Origin: Klebsormidium nitens
Taxonomy: Eukaryota; Plantae; Klebsormidiophyceae
Assembly: GCA_000708835.1 (NCBI GenBank)
Contig: DF237335.1
Span: 23,880 to 87,879, forward strand
Direction of reading: 5' to 3'
DNA length: 64,000 nt
The notes below the pieces were generated by a model. The model did not search any database. It was not told where the DNA came from and saw only the letters and a program-made list of their open reading frames with translations. Of the stretch, positions 45,760-56,989 are shown one piece after another. Within the stretch, counting starts at the first letter, position 1, and each line of letters starts with the position of its first letter. The position numbers and the translations under genes are program-made.

Positions 45760-48700
45760 ATGGCTTCTGACCCGCGATCCCACTGGGAAAAGTAAGCCGC
45801 TGCTCATGAGCTGAGTATGGCCTCAGTATGCAAAGCCAGAAGGGTCTTCTTGATAAAATTTGATTGAGACTGGTACGGATCGTGATGGAATTGCACTGAA
45901 AGGGGCTTTTCCATATTTGATGTGCTTCGAATCATTCGAAGAAGACCTGTCCATGTTCTGTCGCTTCTTTATATGTGTCTCTGATGCAAAACCTGGACAT
46001 GGCTGTCGTGGAGGTTTAGAGCGAGAGGTTTAAACGATGCTGCTGAGATCACTAAGCTGAGCCCTGTCCTCCAAAACCCAAAGGATGACCTGCATCCTTA
46101 TCTATCCTCTCCAGTGATCCTTCCTCCTCTGAGGAATTGGAAGGAGAGGATATTGAAGGTGTCGAGTATGCGCCCCGCTCTGTTGGCGGCTCCCAGTCTG
46201 GACGCTCGCTGGAGGAGTTCCTTCAAGACGAAGACTCTGCCAGCATCCAAGGCCCGTCCTTCTACAGGGCGTTCAGCAATGGGAAAAGCCTCAGCCTAAC
46301 TCAGCTGCCAGAGGGCGTCTCAACTTTGCTCAGCAAGAAGGAATTTGCTCCGGTGATTTTATCGGCTTCTGCTTCTGATTTTGCCGTGCTTCCGAGACAG
46401 CTTCTGTGATTGTACAACGGCACCTCAGTTGACTGCCATCTAAATCTGTTCAGTGAACCACCGTTGAGTAGGCTCTGGTCTGCTGCTGAAAATGCATAGG
46501 TTGCTCACCGGCATGTATGCCTTACAGGGTTACGTGCCCACCTCTCCATTCGCTTGGACTTCCGGTAGCGCCTTTGGAAAGCGGATATGCATAACCCCGC
46601 CAAGCAACTTCCAGGTGAGTTAAGAGGCTAGTACAAACTTGCGCAACTTGTGATTAAAACTTCGTGATACTGCACAGGTTGATTGCAGTTGTTCTCCAAT
46701 CGTTGCACCTGAGAAGATTCCATCAGCGTGGATCGTTTCTGTTCCAGGCTTGTTGTTGCTCAACAGGACGGCCTTAGATGCTGCCTACAGTGACCTTTCC
46801 AGTATGTTGACAACCGCCTCAATACCAGATGATGGTCTGGTGCACTTTGTATAGGCTGTTGAGTCTGCTTCTAACTTCTTCGATCCTTCAGTCCACTTCT
46901 CCCTCGTTTACTCACTGCCTTCTCTCCTCATGTAGGCGCCATCATCTCGTTGCATCCTGCAAAACGTTGGTGGCAAGAGGCTCGCAAGTGAAGCTTCAGC
47001 TGGCAATTGCAGTCCGAGTCCAACATCGAGAAGGAGAGGCCTCGCAAAGAAGCGTCGGCGCGTCATCCTCTCGCAAGACTCAGAAGACGAGCAGCCGGTG
47101 GCCCCCCTGCCTCTTGTAGAGGTGAGTCGTGCTTGCATACAAGTTTCGTCCAGGTTTTGCAGATGCGAATTTTCAAACGACAAAACGTGGATATCAGCTG
47201 GAGTCCCTTTTCTGCAGCCAGCTCTGCTCGTCTTCTGTGTTTTCTTGATGCAGAAGCTGGACAGGCGCTTAGAACTCAAATGTCGAGGCACGTCCCTAAG
47301 CTTGGAAATAAAAGAAGTGACGGTCCAGGTTCTGTCGTTTCTTTATACGCATCTCTGATGCAAAACCTGGACGGCAAAGATCTCAAGGCCCCAGATTCTT
47401 TACTCTCAAAACTTGCGAAAGTCGAGGCACGTGCCCAAGGTCAGAAGCAAAATCAAGTCGCCGTCCAGGTTCTGTCGTTTCATTACACGTGTCTCTGATG
47501 CAAAACCTGGACAGCACAAAACTTCAAGGCTCTAAAACAGTGAAAAACCTTCGCAACAATGCAGAAAGCGGGCAGTGCCAACTGCTTAGCACTCAGATCA
47601 ACGCCTTCCATTTGTTGGCCTCGATCAAGTTCTTTGAAACGGGGGGCAAAGCCAGCATTTCTGACGCACACTCCTTCGTCCTTTCTGCAGGTGGCAATCG
47701 GTCAACCCGTTGATAGGGTGCGCGCAACTGATCGCAGCCAAGAGCATGGTTTCGCACAAGAGCAAGCTCAGGTACAGCGCCTGGCCATAAGGACCGTTTA
47801 AGGTTAGATGAAGGCAAGTTGGTAGAAGCTCGCAGCAGACTCAATGGCAGACACGCACGTGTGAGCAGTCTAGTCGGGAACGAGAAACCCCAAATCAGCC
47901 CTTCAAACGATTACAGTATCTTGCATCCGTTTGTGCAATCCGATTCATACATTGGAAGAGCCGCTCAAAGCTGAACGGCTTCCTCACGAGTGTCGTTTCA
48001 ATTGCTTGCTTAAGTGAGCCGTTCCCTCCGTCAGCTTCCGAAGTGTTGTCTCCTTTTGGCAGCGTTCTTGCAATACTTCTGCTCGATATTCACCTTGCAA
48101 AGAATTGAGGCTGCAAAAATCAATCATGTGATGCCCGTCTAGCAGAAGTAGCGTAATTTCTCAGGCTCTGTTGCAGATCCCTGGTCGTGTGATGGTGCAC
48201 ACCGAGCGTGACGGCACAATCCAGACAGTGCAAGAGAACAAACTCGGAACGGCCTTCTTCTCCAAGCTCAGTCGAGCAAAGCTCCACTACCAAGACCCTA
48301 AGAACGGGCCGCAGGGTTTCAGCAAGCGGTATGCTGCTCTCTGCGAGCACAAGGTGGAGCTGCAACTTCTCGACCACAAGGGCTATCGCAGCTATGGGTC
48401 GTACTCAGACTGGCCGACCGCGCGGGACTTCACTTCGCAGCAGCCTTTCCTCGAGGAGGTGCTTGTCGAAGGGAAACCCTGCAAGCCGTTCCTAGACATG
48501 GAAAGAGATCAGGGGTTGCCCGAGGGGGAAACTCTTGAGAGCATCATCAGCCAGTTTCAAGAGGCCATCACGAAGATCTTTGCGGAGGACTACGCAGTCG
48601 AGATCCAAGAGCGGGACTTCAACTGGGTCCACTGCGACTACGGACCCGGCGGCAAGTTCAGCGTCCATCTCGTCATCTCAACGCATGGGCCGCGACAAAT

Positions 48701-51700
48701 GGTCTTCCGTTCCAATCTCGCCCCTAACGTTGACCCGCAAGGAGCAGGGCACCTTGCCCGTAGGCTTGCTAAGGTTCTCCCCCCGACCCTGGCTGACCTC
48801 ATCGACCAGAGTGTCTACACTCGGAATCGAGGCATCCGGATGCCTGGTTGCGCAAAGCCATCCAGACCCGACTGCCCCCTGCGTCCCCTGGACCACGCCA
48901 AGCCATATGCTGACAGCGTCATCACCTGGCAAGGTAGGTAGCCTCTTGTATACGACGGCTTGCTTTTTCTGGAGAAACTCTTCGCTGAGTGGCAGGATAG
49001 AGGCAAGTCGCGGTCCAGCTTTTGTCAAGTATTTTAAAGCAGAGATATGCAAACCCTGGCCAGACGCCGGCACATGACTGCCGCATGGCACTGCCCGATA
49101 GCTTCAGGCTTGTTGACCTGTGAAGTTTGTCAGAACGGAACTAGGAACGTATAGCAACTTGACTTGGACTTTATAGGCACAAGAATCGTGTGTCCAGTTT
49201 TTGTCAATTTATATTACGCTCATTCTTTGCAAAACGTGGACAAGTTTGTGCGCACCATCTTTGAAGTAGGTCGTGCGCTCAAGACTGCAAGATATAGACA
49301 AGGCCCTTCTGCTGGCTGACGTCATTAAATGATCTGCTTGAGTCGGTCGAATTGAGCACCTTTCGTCCGAAGTGTCATCAGGCAACTTGACTTGGACTAA
49401 GTTCATAAGGACAAGAATCGCCTGTCCAGGTTTTGTCCTTTTATATTACGCTCATTCTTTGCAAAACGTAGACAACTTTCTGCGCACCATAACTGAACTA
49501 GAGCGTGTGCCAAAGACTGCAAAATGTAGACAAGGCTCCACTGCTGGCCCGCTGACGTCATCAATCTGCTTCGTTGTTTGACCAGGAGGTTGACTTCATC
49601 AAGGTCCCCGTCCTCGTGCCTGATGCTATGCGACAACAGCGGCGCCCCACCAAGCCCGCCGAGATGGCTGTCCTCAGCGCCTCCAATCTGGACGCCTACA
49701 CGGTCCAGCGTTGCCTAGAGCTCTTGCAAGCACGGTTACATCCAACGGCCTACAAGCGAGGGGCGAGTAGGGAGCTGAACTACAGCTGGACGGACCGAGA
49801 AGGAGAGCCGTGCTACACCGGGAACACTCACTCTGGAGGGCGCGATCTTTTGTGCATCGTGAACGAGACTCAGAACGCCGTCTTTGCCAAGTGCTCCAGC
49901 GAGAGGGTCGACTCCACAACCGGAGTGTGTTGCATGGAGCAGCCTGCCCACTATCTCGGCCGTTTGTACGAGGACGTGGAGACTTGGAAGGCCGGCGCCA
50001 TCGAGATCGACATGCGCTACCTCGAGCGGGACCCCCTTGCTGCTGGACCGATGGATCTGCAGCTGATCCGGATGGGCTCGAAGGGGATGACGGACAAGAT
50101 TCTTCTGAACAGCGTGGTCAACAGGTGAATCCGCAAGTTTCGATTGCTTGCAACTGCAAAGATCTGCCGCTACTCGCTAGTATTTTCTGGTTGTCTTCCT
50201 GAGTCCGTCAAGTTCATCTGTCTTGCTCAAGTTGAAAGCACAGCATATCGCATGTAAGCAGTTGCAGCAGCTCTTGGATTCACCTTATAAACGGTTCCAA
50301 TTGTAATGACAACCTGTTTCTTTTGGCGCTTTCTCAGATTTGGCCGCACGTATGATAGGCTGATAAACGGTTTTAGCCTCGAAGTCAAGCGGCTTTCCTG
50401 CCCACCGTTGAAGTAGATCCTTGGCTTCGCAGGTGGCAAGCTGGCGAATTCCAGGCGCTCCTCGTTCGAAGCCCGATGGGCACGGGCAAGTCCGAGCTGG
50501 TCAAGCGGATCAAGGCCGAGGAGCCCGTCCCTCAGAAGATTCTGCTGATCACTTATCGGCAGACGCAGGCGGCTGATGCACACGGCAAACACCCGGAATT
50601 CGCCCACTATGCGGACCTCAAAGCCCTGCCATCCCAGCTGAACGAGCAAGGGGACTTCGTTGCTCCTTTAGCCGACCAAGTGCGGTTCCCAAAGGTCATA
50701 GTCCAGTTCGATAGCCTTAACCACCTCCTCGTCGACAGTAGAGTGGTCGACTCATTCGATCTCGTAATTCTTGACGAGAGCGAGTCCATCTTGGCCCATC
50801 TTTCAGCTGACACCTTCTCCAACAGACACCGGACCGTCAACTTCCTGATAGAGCTTCTGGACCAAGCAAAGCGGATCATAGCGCTGGATGGGCACTTGGC
50901 TCAGCGGACGTTCGACTTTCTCACAATGAGCGGCATCCCGTGCGGGCCTGTAGTGGTCAATAATCACCTACCCGAGCGTCCGCTCGAGTTTACAATTCTA
51001 GAGAAGGACGAGGGGAAAGCTTACTGGCAAAGGTCCATCTGGTCTGCTCTAGAGGAGGGCAAAAACTGCATAGTGTACAGCATGTCGGCGGAAGAAGTCT
51101 TCAAGTTGAGGGACGCCACCGAAGCTACAGGCCTGCTACAAGCCTCGGAAATACTCGTGATCACAAAAGTTTCTCCCGGAGACATCAAAATGGGCCTGAA
51201 CAACGTGAACCTCTCCTGGAAACGCCGGTTGGTCATCCTCAGCCCCACAGTGGAGGCAGCGGTCGACTTTTCGGCGCGGTGGTTTCACCGCTGCTTCATC
51301 TACATCTGTCCACAGAGCACCACTCCGAGGGGCTTGGATCAGATGAAAAGCCGCGTTCGAAACCTGGAGGAACCAGAAGTGTTGTGCTACGTGCAAGCCG
51401 GCATCATTTTGCCGAGCAAGACGGGGCTGGACGCTTTAGGTGCGTGCGATGGAGGTCAGTGTACAGCCGCTGAACAATGGCTTGGTAAACCATAGGCTCT
51501 GCTCCGATAGACTGCCTTTGTTGCAAAGTAGCTAGAGTCTTTTAAAAGCATGACCGTAAGACTTAGGCATGGGCCTAGGCTTAGGGCGTCTATGTTTTGT
51601 CAGGTTCCAAAGCACGTGCTCGAATTCCGAAAACCAGTACTAGTTAGTAGGTCCGATTTGCCGTCCAAGTTCTGTCCTTTCTTTATATGTGTCTCTGATG

Positions 51701-53268
51701 CAAAACCTGGACAGCGCGAATCTCAAAAAGATGACAAGGCCTTGAGCGTTTATGTTTTGTGGAATTGGACAGCAGCTATGCTCGTCTAAATTTTGTCGAG
51801 AGCGAAGGCACGTGTTAGACCTTGACAGCGAAGCAGATCGGGGGCGCCCATGTTTTGTCGATTCTATGTATGCGTTTCCGATGCAGAACCTGGACAGTGC
51901 AGATTTTGAGGCCCTGCTCGAAGTCTTTGCAACGAAGATAGCCTGTACGAGCTATCACGGACTTACATCTTTGTGTGATTCATCCGACCTTATTCTTGGT
52001 TCTAGATCGATTCTGCTGAGTTGAAATCCCCTTTACAATTCTGAGTAAGCAGCACTTTCAATCTGAATCTTGCCAACGTACTTCCTTCGTGTACTCTATG
52101 TGCAGACCCTGTGGGCTCGACTCAGGCTGTCTACCTAACTGCCATGGGGCCCAAACAAGCAGCAAGCCGGCGGCTGGGGGTAGAGGAATCCTACCAGTTC
52201 ATGCGCTGGATACACAAGAACGTGGAGGCCCGTCAAGAGACGAGGCAACGAGGGGAAGGGGGACAGAGCATCTTCGCGCCGATAGAGGACGCTGTAATGA
52301 GGGTCTTAGCACATAACGAAGCTGAAAGCAGCAACAAAACCTCGCACTTCTATGAGGTCTTCACTGAGTTGCTCAAGAGCGAGGGGCATATTGTGAAGGG
52401 GGTGCGCCAGTTGGACCTCGCGCCGAAATCCTTGGCTGGCCCGGAAGAAGACGAGGAGGGGCCTTCCCGAAGCTATCTAAAGCGGCGTCTGCTGGGGGCG
52501 CCTGACATCTCGCTCGAGGAGGCTAAGCGCCTTCAGCTTCTGATTAACAAGAAGCAAGATCGGGAGGGGGACTTTGCGAAGGTGGAGCGGTTCAACTATC
52601 GGAGGTTTTACAAGCTTCGACAGCTTGATGGACCCTTTCTTGACATCTTTGGGGGACAGCATCTCGACTCCCTCACCTTGCTGCTTCAAGTGGTCGATCC
52701 TGCCTATCAATTCCCCGAAGACGAGATCGGTAGAGCGAAGTCCGCGCCACTCATGGCAAAGCTCGCGAGAGAGGTCGTTTGTGTGCTTGGGCTCGACCAT
52801 CCGTTGGATTACGCACATGAGTCCGAGAAACTGGAGGTTCTGAGGCCGAAGCTGGCGGCGACCGAGTACTTCCGCGACTACGGAAGATGTGTTCGGCTGT
52901 TCACTGGACGCACCGTTCAACAGATCGCAGATCTAGACGACCCGAAGGCGGTCTCCCACGCCTTGAACCACATCTTCAACCGGATGGGCGTCCATGTTAA
53001 GCACGTCCGGTTGGGCCGGCAGACAAAAGCTGACTGCAAGGCTACTAAGAAAAGGGAGCGCCTGTATGGGGGTTGGCAGATTGAGCCTGAATGTTCCGGA
53101 AGAATCGTGGGTGCGAAGCTCATGGTGCAGTTGCTCAAGCTACAGGTGGAGGCGTCTTCATTGATGCTGAGAGATCTGGACTCAAGTCTAAGAAGGCTCA
53201 TAGAAAACGCGCCGTTCCAATACAGGCACCTTGTAGAAGCCCCATGCATGTTGGAAGCCGTAGTGTAG
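45760..53268 (+). CDS. Spliced PrimPol-type AEP primase + Zn finger + UL9/origin-binding-protein-like SF2 helicase fusion (~1347 aa)
   Basis: Exons 45760-45791, 46115-46352, 46936-47121, 47691-47771, 48177-48933, (49108-49148 candidate), 49586-50124, 50433-51439, 52106-53268; 4044 nt in total, in frame. Motifs: EEVLVEGKPCKPFLDME, KFSVH, IDQSVYTRNRGIRMPG, CYTGNTH...AKC...C, VRSPMGTGKS, LLITYR, VILDESESIL, ILSPTVEAAVDF, QMKSRVR. Confidence 0.85.
45949..45998 (+). repeat. 50-bp palindromic box (intron 1 of the helicase gene)
   Basis: gtccatgttctg-26 nt-caaaacctggac. Confidence 0.9.
47148..47512. repeat. Three boxes in intron 3: 47148-47192 (reverse, shortened), 47323-47372 and 47463-47512 (140-bp tandem unit)
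   Basis: gtccaggttctgtc...gatgcaaaacctggac occurs twice. The whole 47270-47535 block is an inverted copy of 60545-60812. Confidence 0.9.
49013..49473 (+). repeat. Three boxes (49013-49061 degenerate, 49192-49241, 49424-49473); the last two lie in a 232-bp tandem duplication
   Basis: gtccag(t/g)ttttgtc...ttgcaaaacgt(g/a)gac. The flanks caacttgacttggact and caagactgcaa...agacaagg are duplicated. Confidence 0.85.
51663..51895 (+). repeat. Two 50-bp boxes (51663-51712, 51846-51895) in the last intron of the helicase gene
   Basis: gtccaagttctg...caaaacctggac and gcccatgttttg...cagaacctggac, each preceded by CACGTG. Confidence 0.88.
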
Positions 53269-53512
53269 GCTCTACTTGCTTTCGAAACAGACCGTCAAAT
53301 GTAATATAATTGAAGCACAAACCGAAAGTTGGAGCTAACGAGAGTTTTGATCGTGGGTTAAGTTGTATGCAACAAGTCATTTCCCTGATCAAAACATCTG
53401 CTATTGCAACACACGGCATCTCTATGCCTCGACGTAGCCTATCGTGTCTGGATGCGCACTATGATACGAGGCAAGTTACAAAACATGGACGAGTGCAGAG
53501 CTTCGGAATGCT

Positions 53513-53562
53513 GTCCACGTTTTGCATCAAAGACACATATATATAGATGACAGAACGTGGAC
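53513..53562 (-). repeat. 50-bp box (reverse orientation) between the helicase gene and the intronless cassette
   Basis: gtccacgttttgcatc...gacagaacgtggac. 53490-53630 is an inverted copy of 63485-63620. Confidence 0.9.
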
Positions 53563-53710
53563 GGCGACTTGCATAAGCGCGCACTCGTTGGCAAAATCTG
53601 GACGGCGATCTGAGCGCATTCTTGTTCTTCGGTTTTGGTACTATGGACTCGGTCACGTTTCCATGAAATAGCAATCATTGTCTGACAAACTTGTTGAAAC
53701 CCGAGCTTTG

Positions 53711-54124
53711 CTAAGGCTTCGAAGCTTTCATCTCGTCAACTGCTGCCGTTGGAAAGGTGGCGGCCTTCGCACAGACAATCTGATTGTTGTTATCGAACTG
53801 AACGCCAACTTCCTTCAGCTTCGACACTGTCCTTGCGTGAGGATTCCTTGTTCTTCCACTCCTCAGACGCTTGGCAGCGTCTTGTAGTAAGATAGCTTGC
53901 TTATGTTTTTGATACCATGCCTTCTTGTACCTAAGTGCCCGCTGCTTGTTGCATCTGTACGAGTCTCGTCTCTTCAACTTAAGCTCAACTTTGCACCGTG
54001 GCATGGCGTCTGATGCCTGGAGAGATATTGGAAGCAATGCATTCTGAACAACTCGATGCTTATTCCCACAATGGGTACATGGAATCAAGCGCGAGATGGT
54101 CACCTCTGTGCCGGTCGACTCCAT
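53711..54124 (-). CDS. Small basic hypothetical protein (137 aa) with a CxxC motif; virus-like
   Basis: ATG start, intronless, CTHC, YKKAWYQKHKQAILLQDAAKRLRSG...P.ARTVSKL; resembles 59487-59765. Confidence 0.6.
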   Translation of the reverse strand: MESTGTEVTISRLIPCTHCGNKHRVVQNALLPISLQASDAMPRCKVELKLKRRDSYRCNKQRALRYKKAWYQKHKQAILLQDAAKRLRSGRTRNPHARTVSKLKEVGVQFDNNNQIVCAKAATFPTAAVDEMKASKP

Positions 54125-54186
54125 CTCGTCGAAGTGTTCTATACTACTCGGTCATGTTTTTTTTTTCCAACTGATCAACGCAAACC

Positions 54187-54540
54187 TCATTTACCTTTGG
54201 CATCCTTGCAGACCTCGAGTATCCCTTTGGCGATTGACAGTAGAAGCGCTGCCTCATTTTCAGAATATCCACCGCTTTCATGATCTATTATAGAGGCAGA
54301 GACTATGCTGAAAACATCATCCCAAGAGACAATCAACGTATCTTGATCGCAGACCTGATAACGGAACAGTAGTACGCCCTTCCGAATCAAAGTCATGTCG
54401 ATCGGAACTCGAAGCCCTTGATCCACGATCCTTTCATAGCGAAGAGGTCCGAAGCTCTCAATCTCGTTGATGACTGGGAGCAAGCTATACAAACGGGGAT
54501 TTGACTGCTTTGGCACGTAGTATTGAAAACCTCGCTCCAT
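54187..54540 (-). CDS. Hypothetical protein (117 aa)
   Basis: Its ATG overlaps the TAA of the upstream ORF (TAATG at 54538-54542); globular-looking composition. Confidence 0.55.
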   Translation of the reverse strand: MERGFQYYVPKQSNPRLYSLLPVINEIESFGPLRYERIVDQGLRVPIDMTLIRKGVLLFRYQVCDQDTLIVSWDDVFSIVSASIIDHESGGYSENEAALLLSIAKGILEVCKDAKGK

Positions 54541-55397
54541 TATTCTGTTATTAGAAAGGAAAAGAAATCCGGCATGCTGTAGGCTCTGTCCCCCCAGTCT
54601 TCATCACTGTCGACTGCAACACATTTGAACGTTGTTGCCTTGCTTCCTCGAGCCTTTCCAGTGGCTTTTGAAGTGCCTGTAGTAGCTGATTGTTTCGCCT
54701 TACCATTACAAGTTGACTTCCTCTTGCAAGTCTGCTTTGAAGCCTTGCTCGATGCTTTGCACTTCTTCGTGCTCTCTTGCTTCTTCTTTGCGGAAGCGTG
54801 CATCTCGATGAGCTCGTCGACCGGTATCTTAGTTGCTGATGTTGAAAAAGTCCCCTGGAACGGGAGGCCAACAGGTCGTTCACACTTTTTGATTGGAGAG
54901 ATCTTCACTTCATATCCGAATTCCTTCTTGGCTGAACCTCTAGTCGATTCCTGCAGCAGAACACTCACAGTGCAGGGTGCTTTGATGGCTGCACCGTTAC
55001 ATTTGAGTGCCCGAAAGAGCTGGCTTCCAGCTCGAGTGCCTGCTTGTGAAACACGCCCCTTGTCAGCATCAATCTCGAGACGTGTGTCTTCTAGAAGGCT
55101 CGAAGCATCTGATTGGTTATGGTCAAGCGCAAGAAGCACTTTAAAGGATCGTTTCAATGCAATATCCATTAGGCCGGCTGTATGATGTAACGACAGACAA
55201 TAAACCTGAACCCAAAGTGCTTCATGCCCCCTACTTTGGAGGCTGGCCCACTGAAGCACTTCGATCGTCTCGTTGATCTGGCAAGGGTTTTGACAGACAA
55301 TCATCAGAAGTTGCCCTTCTATAAGCAGATTGTTGGCTACATAAAGCACATTACAAAGTTGAACGGCCCCAGTCACAATTCTGAGGGGCAGATTCAC
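54540..55397 (-). CDS. Hypothetical protein with a Lys-rich C-terminal tail (start uncertain; ATG options near 55303 or 55169)
   Basis: 858-bp open frame coupled by TAATG to the next ORF. Confidence 0.5.
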   Translation of the reverse strand: MNLPLRIVTGAVQLCNVLYVANNLLIEGQLLMIVCQNPCQINETIEVLQWASLQSRGHEALWVQVYCLSLHHTAGLMDIALKRSFKVLLALDHNQSDASSLLEDTRLEIDADKGRVSQAGTRAGSQLFRALKCNGAAIKAPCTVSVLLQESTRGSAKKEFGYEVKISPIKKCERPVGLPFQGTFSTSATKIPVDELIEMHASAKKKQESTKKCKASSKASKQTCKRKSTCNGKAKQSATTGTSKATGKARGSKATTFKCVAVDSDEDWGDRAYSMPDFFSFLITE

Positions 55398-55894
55398 AAT
55401 TCGTACGGATTAACACTTAAATTGGGACCCCTGGAGCAAAGTCTTCCTGGGAGCTTTTGCCATTTTGACCACGTCTTGGGAAATTATGTCGTTCCAGGGT
55501 TTGAATTCTGGAATGAAGCAGAAGATCAATCAGTATGTATCGGACTCTGGAATTGAAACGGTGATGCATTTTTGTCGGCTCTCTCTGACTGTATTAGTAG
55601 TTCTGACATTCATCATTTCTATCTGAAGTCTTTGAATTCTAGAATCGAGACAAAAGGGCAATTTTCATGGATATGCAGCCTCCTTCTTACCCAAGTTCGG
55701 AAGCAAAGGTAGGATCTTGGAAAGGCCACCTCAGGTGGTAAGAACAAATGAGGCAATGGTCGATACATCGTTTCAGGGTATTTGCTCTGAGCAGCCGAGA
55801 GTTCTAGAACATGATTCCCTAGGGGACGCATCTCAAGAAGGCGCCCTCGTTTTAATTTCAGAATTATTATAGGCCTCTATAGTATAAGGGAGTC

Positions 55895-56962
55895 ATGGAC
55901 TCAGAAGCATCCGTTCAATCGAGCACAGAATCCACTTCCAATAATCAAGGGGATGTACAGCGAAAGATATCATCAGGTGAGGCAGCTTTGCGCAACCTGT
56001 TTAAGGATGGAAAACGCGCTAACATAACAATTCAACAGTACCTCAACAGTGTGCGAATAATCCATCACCTGGTGACTGGCAAAAAGGTTTTGCCATCCAC
56101 GTTGGATTGGATCCAATCAGTAGATATCATACTTGAAAAACTCAACGCAAAGTACCCTAACCCTGGCACCTATAAGAATAAACTTACCCCATTAATGGTT
56201 TGTGCTCACGCGAAGGGTTGGGAGGAAACTTATAAAAAGTATTTTGAGAGCTTTTCGGAGAAGAAGTTGGCTCTAGAGAAGAAGGCCGATGAACAGAAGG
56301 CAACGGAGAAAGAAACTGCGAATTGGATCTCGATGAACGAACTCAAGGCCAAGGCAGAAGACCTTAACCGGCAGATAAGAAGGAGCATCATGCCGAATCA
56401 TAAAAACAACGGTGGATCAAGCCTGAGCAGAGAAGAAGTGAAGGTAGTGTTTCAGCACTTATTGCTTGCGTTCAATATTCACGAGCCACCTAAGCGAAGA
56501 GATCTCAGCGGTCTCCCTCTTTAGAAAGCAGACGGAAGCTTCTACTGCGATCAAGCTAGAGCAGCCTATAAGGATACCGGCAACTGCCTTCGTGAAAGCA
56601 CAAGTGGTGAATTCATGCTTGTACTGAAGACATACAAGACGAGCAAGCGATATGGAACAAAAGAGTTTGAACTCACACAACGCCTAAACAACTACATCAA
56701 ACGGTCGATTGAGTTAGTTCCTCGAGGTTTTGTATTGTCTCGGTTGGGGAATCCGACAGAAGGGATGTCAGACAACTATCTTACAAAATTCATGGCATCG
56801 ATAACGTTCCCTAAAGGGAAGCATCTGAACCAAAACCACCTCAGACACCTCTTCATCAGCGAACATTTCGCAAATGATCATTCAATCGCTGAGAGGAAGC
56901 AGTTAGCCAATCGCATGATGCACGACTGGTCAACTGCAATGATCACCTATGAAAGAAAGTGA
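55895..56962 (+). pseudogene. Tyrosine recombinase/integrase (PLV/virophage-like), ~355 codons with one in-frame TAG at 56522-56524
   Basis: The 209-aa and 115-aa ORFs are in the same frame, joined by 30 sense codons (KADGSFYCDQARAAYKDTGNCLRESTSGEF). Motifs: PPKRRD (R), YKTSKRYG (K), NHLRHLFIS, RMMH, TY. Confidence 0.85.
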
Positions 56963-56989
56963 AAAGTATTGAATCGGATTTGTAGAATA

